This document shows, in pieces, positions 1 to 12,811 of a DNA stretch of 64,000 nucleotides (position 1 is the first letter of the stretch; each line of letters opens with the position of its first letter). Source of the DNA: Selaginella moellendorffii (taxonomy: Eukaryota; Plantae; Lycopodiophyta); NCBI RefSeq assembly GCF_000143415.4, contig NW_003314279.1:2172191-2236190 (forward strand). Direction: 5' to 3'. The notes beneath the pieces are model-generated. The model had not been told where the DNA came from. It made no database searches and saw nothing but the letters and a program-made list of their open reading frames with translations. A program made the position numbers and the translations under genes.

Positions 1-3000
1 ATCCGATTCCAACTGGGGATGCTCATTCAATCAAGGTTCCTGTTCGTCGTCATTCACCAAAGGAAATCAAAATTTTACATGCAAATGTCAAGGAGATGTT
101 GGAGAAGGGTGTTATTCGGAAGTCGAGGAGTCTTTGGGCATGTGAACCTCATCTTGTGACGAAGCCTGATGGGAGTATTCGTTTCTGCATTAACTATCAT
201 CCGTTAAACGACGTAACGATCCTGGATGTGTACCCTCTTCTTCACACTACTGATCTCTTGGATCGTCTGGGGCGAAATCGTTGGTTCTCCAAGCTAGATC
301 TTGCTTCTGGGTATTAGCAAGTACCGATGGCCGAAGAAGATATTCCTAAGACTGCTTTTCGTACACCATTTGGTTTGTATGAGTTCTTGGTGATGCCATT
401 TAGTTTGAACAATACTCCAGCAACTTTTCAACGGATGATGGACGAGGTTCTTTGCGATATGCTGGAGGTGATTGCTGACTTCATTGATGATGTCTTGATC
501 CACTCGGAGGGGACGTGGGAGGAGCATATTCGTGATGTTTGTAAAGTGTTGGATCAACTACGCGACGTTGGTTTAAAGTTGAAGTGGTCGAAGTGCATGT
601 TTGGATCCAAGGACACAACTTATCTTGGGTACTGTATTTCTCGTGAGGGTTTGCAAATTAATCCTAACAAACTTGTGGCTATTCTAAAGTTCCCTACTCC
701 GAAGTGTGTGAATGATGTGCAGTGCTTCTTGGGCAAGGTGCAGTATCTCGGGCGTTTTATGGATCATCTTTCTGATCGCACTGCACCATTGCGAGCGTTG
801 TTGAAGTCATCAACATCATCTTTCATTTGGTCTTCAGATTGTGAGTGGGTGTTCAGGGATCTCAAAGAGTTATTAACAACTCCTCCGGTTTTAGCATATC
901 CTGACTACACTCGACCTTTTATTTTGCGTGTGGATGCTTTTAACATTGGTCTTAGAGGTGTGTTAATGCAAGAGAGCTCGAGTGTGCCTGGTCAGCGCCA
1001 TCCCATTACATATATAAGCCGTACCTTACAACCAGCGGAGATGAACTACTCTACGACAGAGGAGTGTTTAGCGGCAGTCTGGGGTTTTGAGAAACTTCAT
1101 GCATATCTACATGGTTCTCAGACATTACTTGAAGGTGACCATGCTGTTGTTACTTCGTTATTAAAGCGGAAGAACCTGGTTGGTCGTACGGCTCAGTGGG
1201 CTTTGAAGCTTCAGATATATGATTTTGATGTTATTCACCGCCCAAGGAGTTCTATGGCTAATGCTGATGCCCTTTCTCGAGCTCCTCTTCCTTCTTCACT
1301 CTCTTCTCATGTTTCTGACGAGCCTGTTGTTCCAGCATCTATGGATTTTCTAGACGAGGATTCTATGCTGTCGGCAGTTGCTGTACTTGACATTTAGTGT
1401 CCACAAGGTGCAGAGCAAGATCTACCTTCGCTTGATGAGGTTCGTGAGGCTCAAAAGATTGAGCCCTAGATTCAAAAGCTTCGAGATGGGTTTGAGAATC
1501 CTGCATCACTTGCTGATGACTTGCCTTTCCGGCATTTACATTCTAAATATCGTCTTGAAGATGGCCTTCTTTATTTTGTGGGGACAGATCCTGATGATCA
1601 TTTACGGCTGATGGTGCCTTCTATCTTTATTCCACGGTTTCTCCATACCTACCATGATTCTCCTGTTCTAGGTGGGCATATGGGACATCGTTGTGTAATT
1701 GAGAAGCTACGCAGGTCTTTCTATTGGCCGGAGATGCGACGTGATATTATTCGGTATGTGCGTAGCTGCATTTGGTGCCAAACTCGTAATACTCCCCCTC
1801 GAGCTACAGAAAGACGGTTGGAGTCAATTGTAGTTTCCCGTCCGTTTGAGTTTGTGGCGTTTGATCTTATGGGACCTTTTCCACGATCAACTGCTGGCAA
1901 TGAGTATGTTATTATTGCTTCTGACTATTTGACTCGTTGGGTGGAAGTTAGTGCTCCTTTTCCACAATCAACTGTTGGCAATGAATATGTTATTATTGGT
2001 TCTGACTATTTGACTCGTTGGGTGGAAGTTAGTGCTCTTGCTAGCGCCTCTGCAACTACTGTTGGATACTTCCTCCTCAATCAAGTGGTGTTCCAGCATT
2101 CTTGTCCAGAGCGCATTCTTTTGGATAATGGTCCCGCATTTATGGCTGAGACATTTCATGTTTTGACGTCTCGGTTGGGGATTCGCTACACTTTCATGAG
2201 TGCTTATCATCCACAATCAGACAGTCTGGTGGAACGGCTCGTTCGGACGTTCAAGGGGATGATTGCAAAGTATGTGAACTTTCAGCATTCGGATTGGGAT
2301 AGTTAATTGTCGTCTCTTCAATATGCATATGTCACTAGGGTGCAGAGTTATGTTGGTGCTTCACTATATAAACTTCTATATAGTCATGATCCAATATTAC
2401 CAACAGAGTTGGGTTTACCTTCGCGATTGCCACGAGCTGCGGATGCTAGGTCATGGGATCAATATTTGACAAACATTCTTCCACTTGTCCGAGCGGAGTC
2501 TGTCGAACACTTAGGCTGCATACAAGTGGGACAACAATGGTGCTACAACTCCCATCATCGTCCACCTGTAGAGTACAAAGTGGATGATTTGGTGTTAGTC
2601 TGTTTTCCCCATCTTACGGTACGTGGTTTATTTAAGGGGCTCCTTGCACAGTGGAAAGGACCGTATCGGGTGTTACGGCAAGTTGGACCACAAGTTTATG
2701 AGGTTTGGCATGACATCCAACAGGCCGATCCTCCAGAGGTTGTGCATGTGCAGCGGTTGAAACACTTCATACAAAGGGATCATGAGCAGTTAATACCATC
2801 TACAAATCTACCGATGCCTCCTCCTGATGTTCCTCCAGATCCCGGCCCGTCTACAAGAGAACCCTAATGATCTTCCATTATTCCAAGAGGAGGGGATGAT
2901 GTGAAGGCCAAGTGTACAGCTACGATGCCGTATACTAATATTAGCGCAGTGGGATTTTGGTAGTCGTCAGATTGGTTTTAATCCGGACCACTCACTGCTG

Positions 3001-3074
3001 TATATAAGCTAGGGTTTTTGGGCTAATTGATATGCACATTTTTGTATTCCCTTTCTATATTCCATGCACTCACA
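1..3074 (+). mobile_element. Ty3/Gypsy LTR retrotransposon, 3' part (decayed RT-RNase H-integrase, PPT, 3' LTR)
   Basis: RT motifs (KPDGSIRFCINY, KLDLASGY*Q, KTAFRTPFGLYEFLVMPF, FIDD), RNase H (VDA...NYSTTEECLA), integrase (HH-CC zinc finger, FDLMGPFP, DNGPAF, WKGPY) in Gypsy order. In-frame stops at 315 and 2304 and a frameshift near 1397. Confidence 0.95.
2900..3074 (+). repeat. 3' LTR (~175 bp) of the Gypsy element
   Basis: Follows the polypurine tract AAGAGGAGGGGA (2885-2896). Inverted termini TGTGA...TCACA, with internal TATATAA at 3001. Confidence 0.75.
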
Positions 3075-4377
3075 TATTAATATTTAAATAATTTTTAGTG
3101 TAAATTACTTCTATTGTAGTTTCTAACTAAATTTCTTATTAATGCTACATTTCAATAAATATCTTCTTTCTTAAAGTTTATATATTGTAGTCTTCAATTG
3201 GATTTATTTCTCATGATAAAAATTAATGAATATCATATACATATTTTAAATTTTTAACTAGTAATTTAATTACTTTTATCAAAGTTTCTAAGTAAAGTGC
3301 TTTAAAATTTGGTTAAAATCCCACTCTTAAGTGCTAAGATTACATGTGAATATGATAATTGAGCTTTATAAGTTTAGTTAATTGCTCTCTTTATTTCAAC
3401 ATAATAATTTTTATTTAATGTTTGCAAAAGTTTCCTTTAATTACCCATGAATAATTACACAAAGTTAAAAAAGTATAATCACTATGTACTTCACCTTTAA
3501 TAAAAAAATACCATATAATTGAATCTGAAAAGGATTGTATATAGAATTTACGAATGTTATCCTTGTCAAATTTTACTTCAAAGGTATTAATGTTTTTTTC
3601 TTTAATTAGGTATTTTTATTTATGATTTTGAATAAAACTATTATCTTAATAAATCAATCATTTGTATAAACCCTAATAGTAAGTTAATGAGATGCCTTAA
3701 TTGAATTATTTATCTCGTCATACGCATGGAGGAAATTTCAACCCACATATTTATGAAATACAAATTAAAAAATTTATAAAAGTTAAAATATTGACATTTC
3801 ATCTCACATATCTATGAAATACACATAAAAGAAATTATAAAAGTCAAAATATTGATTTACTTATCAACTTTATCCTTCTATTAATCTTGAAAATACTTGA
3901 TAAATTCTCTTTAATTTTGAAAATTCACCTCAAAATGTTTGATAAGTTACTTAATCTTAGCTCACATAATAGTATCATTATAATAAGCTTGAATTAAATG
4001 ATATATAATATTTTCAAAATGTTTCCATATTTCCCCATAATTTCACTTGACAAATAATATGTTTGAGCAAATTCCTCTTTACATGCCAAGTACATAATAG
4101 AATTTGACAATCAAATGTAGCTCTATATAAAAGTAAAATGAAATTAAATTATAGCATATTAAATTAATTACCCTATAACATTAATCTCCACTTCAACATC
4201 ATCAATTAATGGTTTTCCAATCTAATATGTGTTCAAAAATTTAATTCTTAAGCATTGTCATTCATTAGGAATTGTAAATTATCAAAGATAAAATAAATGA
4301 AAGCTTTACTTTATAGCAATTACTTTCAAAAGTTTATTTTTCCTGAATCATAGACATACATAACACTTCATCATTAT

Positions 4378-4800
4378 ACAGATCCAGTAGCACTTTCCAG
4401 ACAAATCCAACCCCCATTGCAGTGTTTCTACACTCTGGTTCCCTTTTCCAAGCAAAGTGCTAGGAGAATCTTAAATGCTCCAGTAAGAGGATTCCATACT
4501 ATAAGATCTTTCCCTTTCACCCCAAGTAACAAACCACTGCTAGCATATAAAACATAATCCATGTCATGCTCCATAGCAACCCAGCTTGCTTCTTGTCCCA
4601 CAAAGCGGTTGCATCTGTAAAGAAACCTTTGGCACATATACTCTAGACCCAAAACATGAGGACTACGATTCAAGTGGTGTGTGTAGTGAAGAGCTGCAAC
4701 GGGTGTCTCTATGAGATCCTTCCATGCCTTGCACACGGCTCTCACGCGGAAGTGTAAAACAGCTGCTGGCAGGCGCTTGAGCACCTCCCCATTTTCATTT
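4378..4800 (-). pseudogene. F-box protein fragment
   Basis: EVLKRLPAAVLHFRVRAVCKAWKDLI F-box motif, followed by ASSGLLL and LIVWNPLTGAFKIL F-box-associated motifs. Truncated. Confidence 0.7.
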
Positions 4801-4833
4801 TCTTTAGCCAAATTCAAACCTAGTCTTAAGTGT

Positions 4834-5945
4834 CGCTGATCAAGAATGCGAGGTGCCCGAGGAGAGCGCCAGTAGCAGCGAAGATCGGCACGAGTGAGAG
4901 GAAATCTCTCTCCACATTTCTGGAAGTTGAGCCTGAGATTCACAGCTGTGGAGAAGCATGAAGCTGTGATGAAGTAGGCAATGTTTTCTCTCCGCTTTTC
5001 TCGTGCCTTTGATATCTTCTCGCTGGCGAGCTCCCAGATACACCAAGAAATTCGCTTGGCAACATTGTCGAAAGATCTTCCAGATCCAAAGTTATAACTT
5101 TTCTATGTTGCAAGAGTCAGATCTCATTCACGTTTTGGCAGCTCGATCCAGATGTCCAAGCTGCATTTGCTGTGGCCTTTGACAACATCTATAAATTTCT
5201 CGCACGGCGGAAAACTCAAGAGCTTGAAGTAGAAACCATGCCCGGTAACTTGGAGCTTTCGTGATAAATGCTTACTCCCCAGCTGTTCTAGGGAGTTAAA
5301 TGCCGGCAAGTTGCGAGGAGTATCGACGGGCCTTTACGTTCCTGGATCAACAGCGCTTATGCTAGCAGTGGTACGTCATGTCTTTCACTGATCTTTCTTC
5401 TTAAAGCTGCGAGATTAATAGCCCGCAAGTATTGCCGGATGTGAGACCATTGTTCTTGCAACTCCACCACGGTCAGACGGTTCAATCTGTCCGGTATGTG
5501 TTACTTTTTCTTTCCACGAAAAGTTTTCAAGCTTGATGGAGCAAGGAAGTTTTATATTGCGCTAAGAAAGCTGGAGAAGCACAGGCACTTGAAAGTATTT
5601 TTTCTCTCTTGTTGCATATACTCATTTTTGGAACTGTTTAGGCCGTAGCTGCCATGCCATGAGGAACTCATTCCTGTCCAAAAGTAAGAACTGTTGGTGA
5701 CACTTCCGTGACTGACATTCCATCTCCATATTGCCACAGGTTGACAAGATCCTGGGCCCTGGAAATCAGTATGTAACTGCTGCGAAGATGCTGCTACAGG
5801 TATAAAGTTGCGTTTGCTTTTCTTACAGAATAGGGAGTCTATGATCTCCATAAATATGCCTGCTGGTCCCTCGGAAGTCCTTGTCATCGCGGATAAAAAC
5901 GCGAATGCGATCCATGTAGGAGCTTCCCTGGGGAGTCGAGCGTCG
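4834..5945 (+). pseudogene. HISN8: Histidinol dehydrogenase pseudogene, copy 1 (N-terminal half, with introns)
   Basis: Spliced translation gives DPDVQAAFAVAFDNIYKF, GLYVPG-STALMLAV, KEVLYCAK, VDKILGPGNQYVTAAKMLLQ and MPAGPSEVLVIADK, typical HisD motifs. Has a GTAVLP deletion, other indels and a 3' truncation. Confidence 0.88.
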
Positions 5946-6074
5946 CAATAATAAAATAACTCACAATGAAAACAAAATTCTGCTACTTTCTTTCCTTTTA
6001 ACTCCTTAACATAAGGCAGAGTCATTCACTTGGGGAAACGAAGCCATCGGCATGAGGATTGCCCCTGCTTAAAT

Positions 6075-6335
6075 AGGTACGATATTGTCATCCTCATGGA
6101 AACTTGGGAAGCAGAAGATCGACAGCTCGGTGACTTCCCAGGGTTTGAGAAATACACTACCTGGGCAAATGTCCGCAGACCGCATTGAACATTAGCCATT
6201 TACATCCACCAGGAATGGAACATCAAGATCCATTCAATCACCCATGGCCCAGATGGACTCTTCACAGCTATAACATTTGACACAGGTGGAACCAAGCCAC
6301 TGATCATCTGTGGATGCTATTTTCCCCCCATGTTG
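6075..6335 (+). mobile_element. LINE (non-LTR) apurinic endonuclease fragment
   Basis: Translations YDIVILMETW, LAIYIH and LIICGCYFPP match APE-type endonuclease motifs. Interrupted by a stop. Confidence 0.6.
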
Positions 6336-6639
6336 ATCCAACACCTTACGATCACCTGATAGACCATGTCACTGTTGACCTGCTTCTTTTAGGAGACTAA
6401 GCACTACAAAGTCATTGCACATACCTTTGTGATCCTTATGCAAATTCACGCGCATGGGAGCCGAGGATCACGCCCTCAACCTCACAGGAGACAAGCTCCT
6501 CACTTTGCCATGACAAATGAACTCTATCTTTAAGGGTGCCATGAAATGACGGGGGTCACCTGCTAGACATGGAATGTGAGTTCCACGCCCAGCTCATTTT
6601 GCAGATTGGATGATGTACACGAAAATATTTGACCATCCA

Positions 6640-7330
6640 CCCATATCAAAGGGTAGAGGCATAAAATTAGGTCATCTCAGCAAAAAGTGTTTTAACAGTT
6701 TTCGTGGAAAGGCAAATGATTTCCACTGTGGGTTTTTACACATTTAAAGGTAAGAATGCTCATTTAGGCTTGAGTTTTCTGAAGGATCCTAAAGAATATT
6801 CACCCGTTTGCACTTAGTTACCTCTAGATGAGGATCAGATTTATGCTCGTTTGGCTGCACCCAGTTCTCCCTTCCACACCTACACTGTGTAAGGATGGCC
6901 CCAGCACTTTGCTTGGAAAGGGAACCAGAGTGTAGAAATACTGGAATGGGGGTCGACTTGTCTGGAAAGTGCTACTGGATCTGTTTAATACAAGGTTGCT
7001 CTGCCTCTTGGCTGGTCTGGCATATATTACTCTGCTGCAATTGTCAAGGATAACAATCTATATGCATACTGTAAAAGCAGCTTATCCTTAGAAGCGACAT
7101 CATTTAACCATCCTCAATTTTATGGTTGGAGCTTTCCAACCCAACTAAATTACATGGAATAAATGCTGCTGGATTTGTGATTTTCACAGGTGATATATTT
7201 GTGGTGACAACTGGAAGATATAATAATAGAAAAACTCACAATGAAAGTAAGGCAGAGTTTCTTTGTTTTTAAACTCCGAACACTTCTCTCACTTGGTAAA
7301 GGGATGCCCTTCTTCGAATCGTGGATTGAC
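6640..7330 (+). pseudogene. F-box-associated gene fragment (inverted paralog of the 4.4-kb fragment)
   Basis: 6905-6985 is the near reverse complement of 4378-4465. Multiple stops. Confidence 0.55.
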
Positions 7331-7654
7331 GCTAGTATATAGATGTTAGTAGACTTTGATTATGAATATCTGGACTCACGCACAAATCAAACTCAAGAGA
7401 AACGGGCTTGCAGTTTCAAATCGCCCAACACGGTTGATAGGTTGAATCGAGTTGGTCCTCCAATTCTTTCATAAAAAGCCAGAAATTTGTGGTGCATAAC
7501 CAGAATTGTGTTCTCGTAGACATATAGGTTCCTCGGTACCAGGCCCTTCCTCCACAAATCCTTTAGTAGGATCCATCCTCAACAAGTAAGATTTTGAATT
7601 GTCTGCAGTTGCCACAAAGAAGGACTTTGCGGAAGCTCAGCTAAAGCTTAACGA

Positions 7655-8699
7655 ACCTACATGGATCGCATTCGCGTTTCTATCCGCAAACTTCCGAGGC
7701 TTTGGAGATTGCTAATCTGTATGATAGAAAAGCAAAAGACACAACTTAGCAACATCTTCGCAGCAGTTACATTCTGATTTCCAGGGCCCAGGATCTTGTC
7801 AACCTATGGCAATATGGAGATGGGATGTCAATCACGGAAACGTCACCAACAGTTCTTACTTTTGGACAGGAATGAGTGCCCCATGCCATGGCAGCGGCCT
7901 AAAGATGAGTATACGCAACAAAAAGAGTTTCAAGTACCTGTGCTTCTCTTTCTTAGCGCAATATAAAACTTCCTTTGCTCCATCAAGCTTGAAAACTTTT
8001 CGTGGAAAGAAAAACAAACACATACCGGCTTCGATCGACAATCGTCTCACATCCGGCAATACCTGCGGGCTATTAGTCTCGCAGCTTTAAGAAGAAAGAT
8101 CAGTGAAAGACATGACGTACCACTGCTAGCATGAGCGCTGTTTTCAGGAACGTAAAGGCCGACGGCGTCAATACTCCTCGCCACTCGCCGGCATTCAACT
8201 CCCTGGGTGGCAAACAACCGAGGAGTTGGCATTTATCACACATGCTCCAAGTTACCGGACTCGGATACTTCAAGCTGTTTTCCGCTGTGCGAGATGAAAT
8301 TTATAGATGTTGTCAAAGGCCACATCAAAGGCAGCTTGGACATCTGGATCGAGCTGCCAAAACGTGAATGAGATCGGACTTTCTTTGCGGTTGCAGAAAG
8401 ATAGATCGAAAAGTTATACCTTTGGATCTGGAAGGTCGGACATTCTTTCGACAATGTTGTCTTCCATAGAATTTCTTGGTGTATCTGCAAAGCTCGCCAG
8501 CGAGATGGTCTTAAAGGCACAAGAAAAGCAGCTTCATCGCCAGAAAATCTCATTTCAACTTTTGAAAGAAAAACTTGAAACGAGATTTTCTTCCTCAAGT
8601 GTGATTTCTTTCTCACTGTTTTTAAAATGGAGCCCTTCATAGAATTTCCCGCTCAAATATCGCCGCTGCTATTCGCCCACCTCGCATTCTCGATCAGCG
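7655..8699 (-). pseudogene. HISN8: Histidinol dehydrogenase pseudogene, copy 2
   Basis: Reverse-complement homolog of 4834-5925 (GVECRRVARSIDAVGLYVP, KEVLYCAK). Frameshifted at the GTAVLP lesion. Confidence 0.88.
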
Positions 8700-8754
8700 G
8701 TTGAGCAGTCATATTATTAGGGTTTTCCGCAGGGTTTTATTAGGTCAGCCAGGC

Positions 8755-9362
8755 ATGGCGGAGGAGGAAGAGGATCCGTGGAGCGATGGCGATGGCGATG
8801 GTGGTGAAGGCCCTCGAGAATCCGAATGGCAGAGCAGGAATTTCCACACGGTAGTGTCACTCTTCCTTCGATTCGCTCGAGTTTCCGTTTGATCGAGCGC
8901 AGATTTTCTAGCTCGGATACCGCGATGGTCTCTTTGCTGGGAAAGAATCGTCGGCACAGAAGGGGTTCGACGCTGGATTCAAGGAGTCGGCTCCAGCCGG
9001 ATTCGATTGGGGGATTGCGAGAGGCATTACAAGGTCTTTTGGATCTTTGCTTTTCTTCTTCTAGAGATTGTAACAACTTTGGTGTTTGTAGTGCTTTTGC
9101 GGCATTGTCACCGAGGCATCAAGAGTTGCTGGCTCCGGACAAGAATGCGCGCGACGATCTAAAGTCTCTGCGCGATTCCATCTCCGGTATTTCCTCCAAC
9201 GATGCTTTGGCCTCGTACCACAGCCACCAAGTCCTACGAGACGAAACCTCCACCGTGGCTGACGTTGGTGTCTTGAGCTCTCAAGCCAAAGCAGCGGCAG
9301 ACAAAGCTTCCATCGCCTACGATGCTCTTCTACAAAATAGTCGATCCAACAATCTCAGGTAA
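8755..9362 (+). CDS. YAE1: Yae1-like protein (Yae1_N domain), 3 exons
   Basis: MAEEEEDPW.../LGYRDGLFAGKESSAQKGFDAGFKESAPAGFDWGIARG shows the GxxxG repeats of Yae1/Lto1. GT-AG introns at ~8851-8911 and ~9033-9090. Confidence 0.82.
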
Positions 9363-10059
9363 AAGCTTCTCAAGCCTGATCCCTTTATCGCTAAAGTAGC
9401 CAACTTCAGCATGACGGAAGTTCCAAGAAGTTGACAGAACGAGATGGACACAAACATATTTGCGAAAAGTCTCGACGATCCGACACGAAAAGTAGCTAGG
9501 AAAGTTTCTCAAGACTTGAGTGGTTTTGGTGGACGAGAAGGCTGTTTTCGTGGACTTTTAGGTGGTTTTCTTCGGTGCGAAGAAGCTGGCTGCCATTCGC
9601 AAAGCTGGATTCCCCGGCAGCCACGCTGCTTGCCGCGAAGAAACTATTTTTTGGAATTCCAAGTCTTTGTGCGGTGGCAACAGTGGACGCCGTGCTCATC
9701 GACACCAACACCGTCAACAGTGAAAGAAGCCTGGCGATGCTCCTCTTTCCAAAGTACGAGCCAAGTCGACAAGGAATGTGTCGCGCACTTGCGCGGGTCA
9801 AACAACGCACGGGGACCTTTGACACGGAGGACGGATCTTTGGCTTTGGACCGGGCTCCAACACAAGCAGTGTCGGGACTCGCCGAGTTCCCGTGCCGGCA
9901 TCTTTGAACGGATCAAATCCATATCCAAAGCCCAGCCTCTTCCTTTTCTCGTCATTATCATAAAGGAAAAAAGAGAGAAGCAGAAAGATCTGATAGATAG
10001 CTCCTGGCTAACATTCGCTTGTATAAGAGCACTTTCGCGCGCGCTGGGCGAGGCCGACG

Positions 10060-10310
10060 TGGCGGCGGGCTTTCCACGCGTGCGGCCACGTCGGCATAAA
10101 GGCGGAAAGCGCGCGGCGCGAGTCAATGAATGCGAGATGCTTCGTCGCGTGGACGCCGACGGCGACATATCTATCTATCTATCTCTGACACGTCACTTGG
10201 CCGCCCCGTAGTACGTGGACGTGTTCTCCTCCCTCCCTTTTGTTGCGTTGCGGGCTCCCGAGATTCGGATTACCTGGCTGTGGCTTGCCTGTCGTCCACG
10301 TCAGGCGATA
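10060..10310. promoter_or_regulatory. Cluster of ACGT-core G-box/ABRE-like and CE3-like motifs
   Basis: GACGTGGC (10066), CCACGCGTG, CCACGTCG, ACACGTCA, TACGTGGACGTGT (10212) and CCACGTCA within ~250 bp. Confidence 0.5.
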
Positions 10311-11983
10311 TGGCCATCCATCCCATCATCCGGCCCCCATGCGCCCATTGGTCTAGCGTGGCCTCGGCAAAAACGGTTGATGTGGATGATACTGCGCGCC
10401 AAAAGTCAGAATGTAAAACGTGCTCGATCGCATTTCATGCAGTGACGTGAAGCGCCAACTTTTTTTTTTTTGGACCCATTTCTTTCCCTTGCGGCCGTAC
10501 ACTATTGGCATCTCAATCAAAGCAGTTGGTCACAACCATATCGCGACCAAAAACCCCCCCCAAGAGAGAATTAGAAACGAGTTTTTGGCCACAAGAAAAA
10601 AATGAGACAAAATGTTTTGGTCATGCGCTTTTTTCGTTGCGTAGCGCCCGAAGTCTAGATGCCCGGTGGACCAGGTGATGCATTGTTTTTTTTTCCCTGT
10701 GATGTGTGTGTGGTGTTCTAGAAGCCCGCAAGGCGAGAGGGGAGACCCCGCGTCTATTCTTTGCGAGCGTTGAGCTTCAAAGCAGTTGCCTGTGGGTGGG
10801 ATTTTGGGCAAAATCAATTCAAGCCAATCGAGATTGACACCGGGCACCGCCTTTATCTGTGTCAACAAGCCCCATCTGGAAAATGGCACCAACCCTTTTT
10901 CCCCTTTCAAAGCTTTTGTGTGGCCGCGTACCACAAGCCCGAAAATGCTGCATGCGCCTCTCTTTCACACGGCAAAAACTACCAAGGATTAGATCCATAG
11001 GTCACTGAATCTCGTTTCTTTTAAGATGAGATAGGATTAGATAAGGTTAAAGATCACGCCCATGACGTGTGGAGCGAGTGAATGGCCGCCACCTCCGCCA
11101 CCTTGAATCCCCCATTATAAATTTACAGCCAGCCCGTGTGTACTCTCCAACGCGGAGGAGTTTAAACAAAGAATATCCCGGGAAATATATTGCTGTGTCA
11201 GTCAAGGAGCTCTCTCTCTCAAGCAACGAGAAAGAAAAGAAAAGCCTCCCCCAACTCAAAAGCAAACCTAAAAGCTTATCCTCTTATCCTAAAACCGCCA
11301 GCCCGGCAGCAAGCAAATGGGGGGATGAGATCACAGCCAAGATCCCCATCGCGCATCCCCATCCCATCCCATACCACCACACTACCCATTGGATAAGGCC
11401 CCCCCGGGCGTTTTTTAAAATCCCGCGCACCGACGGCCAGGATCTCCCCTGCCCCGGAATGCCCGGCACATCCGACGGCCGCGATGCGCCCCCGGAATGT
11501 CGTGCAAGCCAAGGCCCCCAAATGCTTCGAGCTTATCCAGTGGGCTTGTGAGATCAGACTGACTGGAAAACAAGCCTATCCGCATCATCGTAGGTACGTT
11601 AAGTAAAAAAGCCAGGATTTTTACCCGCGGGGGAGGTAAAAAACCGACACCCACGCCTCTATCTCTTGTGGGGGGAAAGAGGAAAACAATAAAATTAAAA
11701 CCTCGTTCGTTGGTCTGGGGGGTCCGTGTTATATCATCCACAGCGTGGTAGTGAGATTCGCCCTAAGCGCGGTGTGGACGAAGAAGAGGAGGAGCTCGTA
11801 GCGTTCTCTCCAATCTTCGCCTTTTTATCTCTTCTTGCCCGCCCTCTGTGAGAGTTCTTCGGTTGGAAGGAAGAGGATCTAATCTCGAGTGGGAGCTCCC
11901 GCCGGGCGTTGGTTGTATTCGGCGAAGCTTGGGGGATAAGAGGGAATCCACGCTTTGATACCTTCGTTCTCCTCTGGCGGTAG

Positions 11984-12758
11984 ATGATCCTCCAGCCCAG
12001 CGCGCGCATTCGCATTCCAGTGGCGATTTGGGCGGGATTGGAGATGGAGAGCGGCAGCGATCGGTCGCCAGTGGAGGAGAAGAGTAATCCGCGGGATCAT
12101 CACCATCCCCAGCACCAGCTAGGGAAGCTCCAGATGCTGCCGGCATTGCCAAGGATTGTGCTGGTTGTGGAGTCGATTGGAGATTTCCAGGCGCGGCACG
12201 GCGGCGATGGGGGCGATTCCTCCTCTTCCCCTCGCTGCTCCTCCACGTCCACCTCCTCCATCGGCGCCTCCGATTTGGGCGAGAATGTGGATGAGAGCAA
12301 TGAGGTGGAAAGCCCCCTGCGCGATTCGTCCTCGTCGGGGCCCCTGGAGCGCATGGAGACGCTGGAATCCTCGCTGCCGCTCAAGTAAGCAGTGTTCTTC
12401 CCCCATTTCATTTTCCTTGCTCTTCCAAGAAGCTCTCTCCTCATTCTTTGTCTCTTCGCGCGATTCCAGGCGAGGATTGTCGCAGTTCTTCGATGGCAAG
12501 TCGAGATCTTTCACATCGCTCAAGGAGGTGGCGTCGGCAGCATCGGCGACGCAGCTGCGCAAGCCCGAGTACCCATTCAAGCGGCGGAAGATGGTGATGC
12601 ACAGCCAGATGCGCAGCCGCGCCAAATCCTCCTCCAATCTCCGCAAGATGCTGGGCCGCGCCGGGGGCGAGGCGTGGTCGCCACCGAGATTCGTCAGCGT
12701 CAGCTCCTTCCTACCCAGATCTTTCTCGCTCTCCAACATCGTCCACCAAAACGTTTAG
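11984..12758 (+). CDS. OXS3: OXIDATIVE STRESS 3 (OXS3)-like protein, 2 exons
   Basis: EVESP...GPLERMETLESSLPLK/RGLSQFFDGKSRSFTSLKEV...KPEYPFKRRK family motif. Intron 12385-12469. The start could be 12044. Confidence 0.85.
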
Positions 12759-12784
12759 GGTTCTTGGCGGGATGGAGAATACTC

Positions 12785-12811
12785 ACACACACACACACAC
12801 ACACACACACA
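12785..12811. repeat. (CA)n microsatellite
   Basis: About 13 CA units in the OXS3 3' region. Confidence 0.95.

Noticed and set aside
9612-9636. miR169-like word
   Set aside because: Several mismatches and no convincing precursor hairpin.
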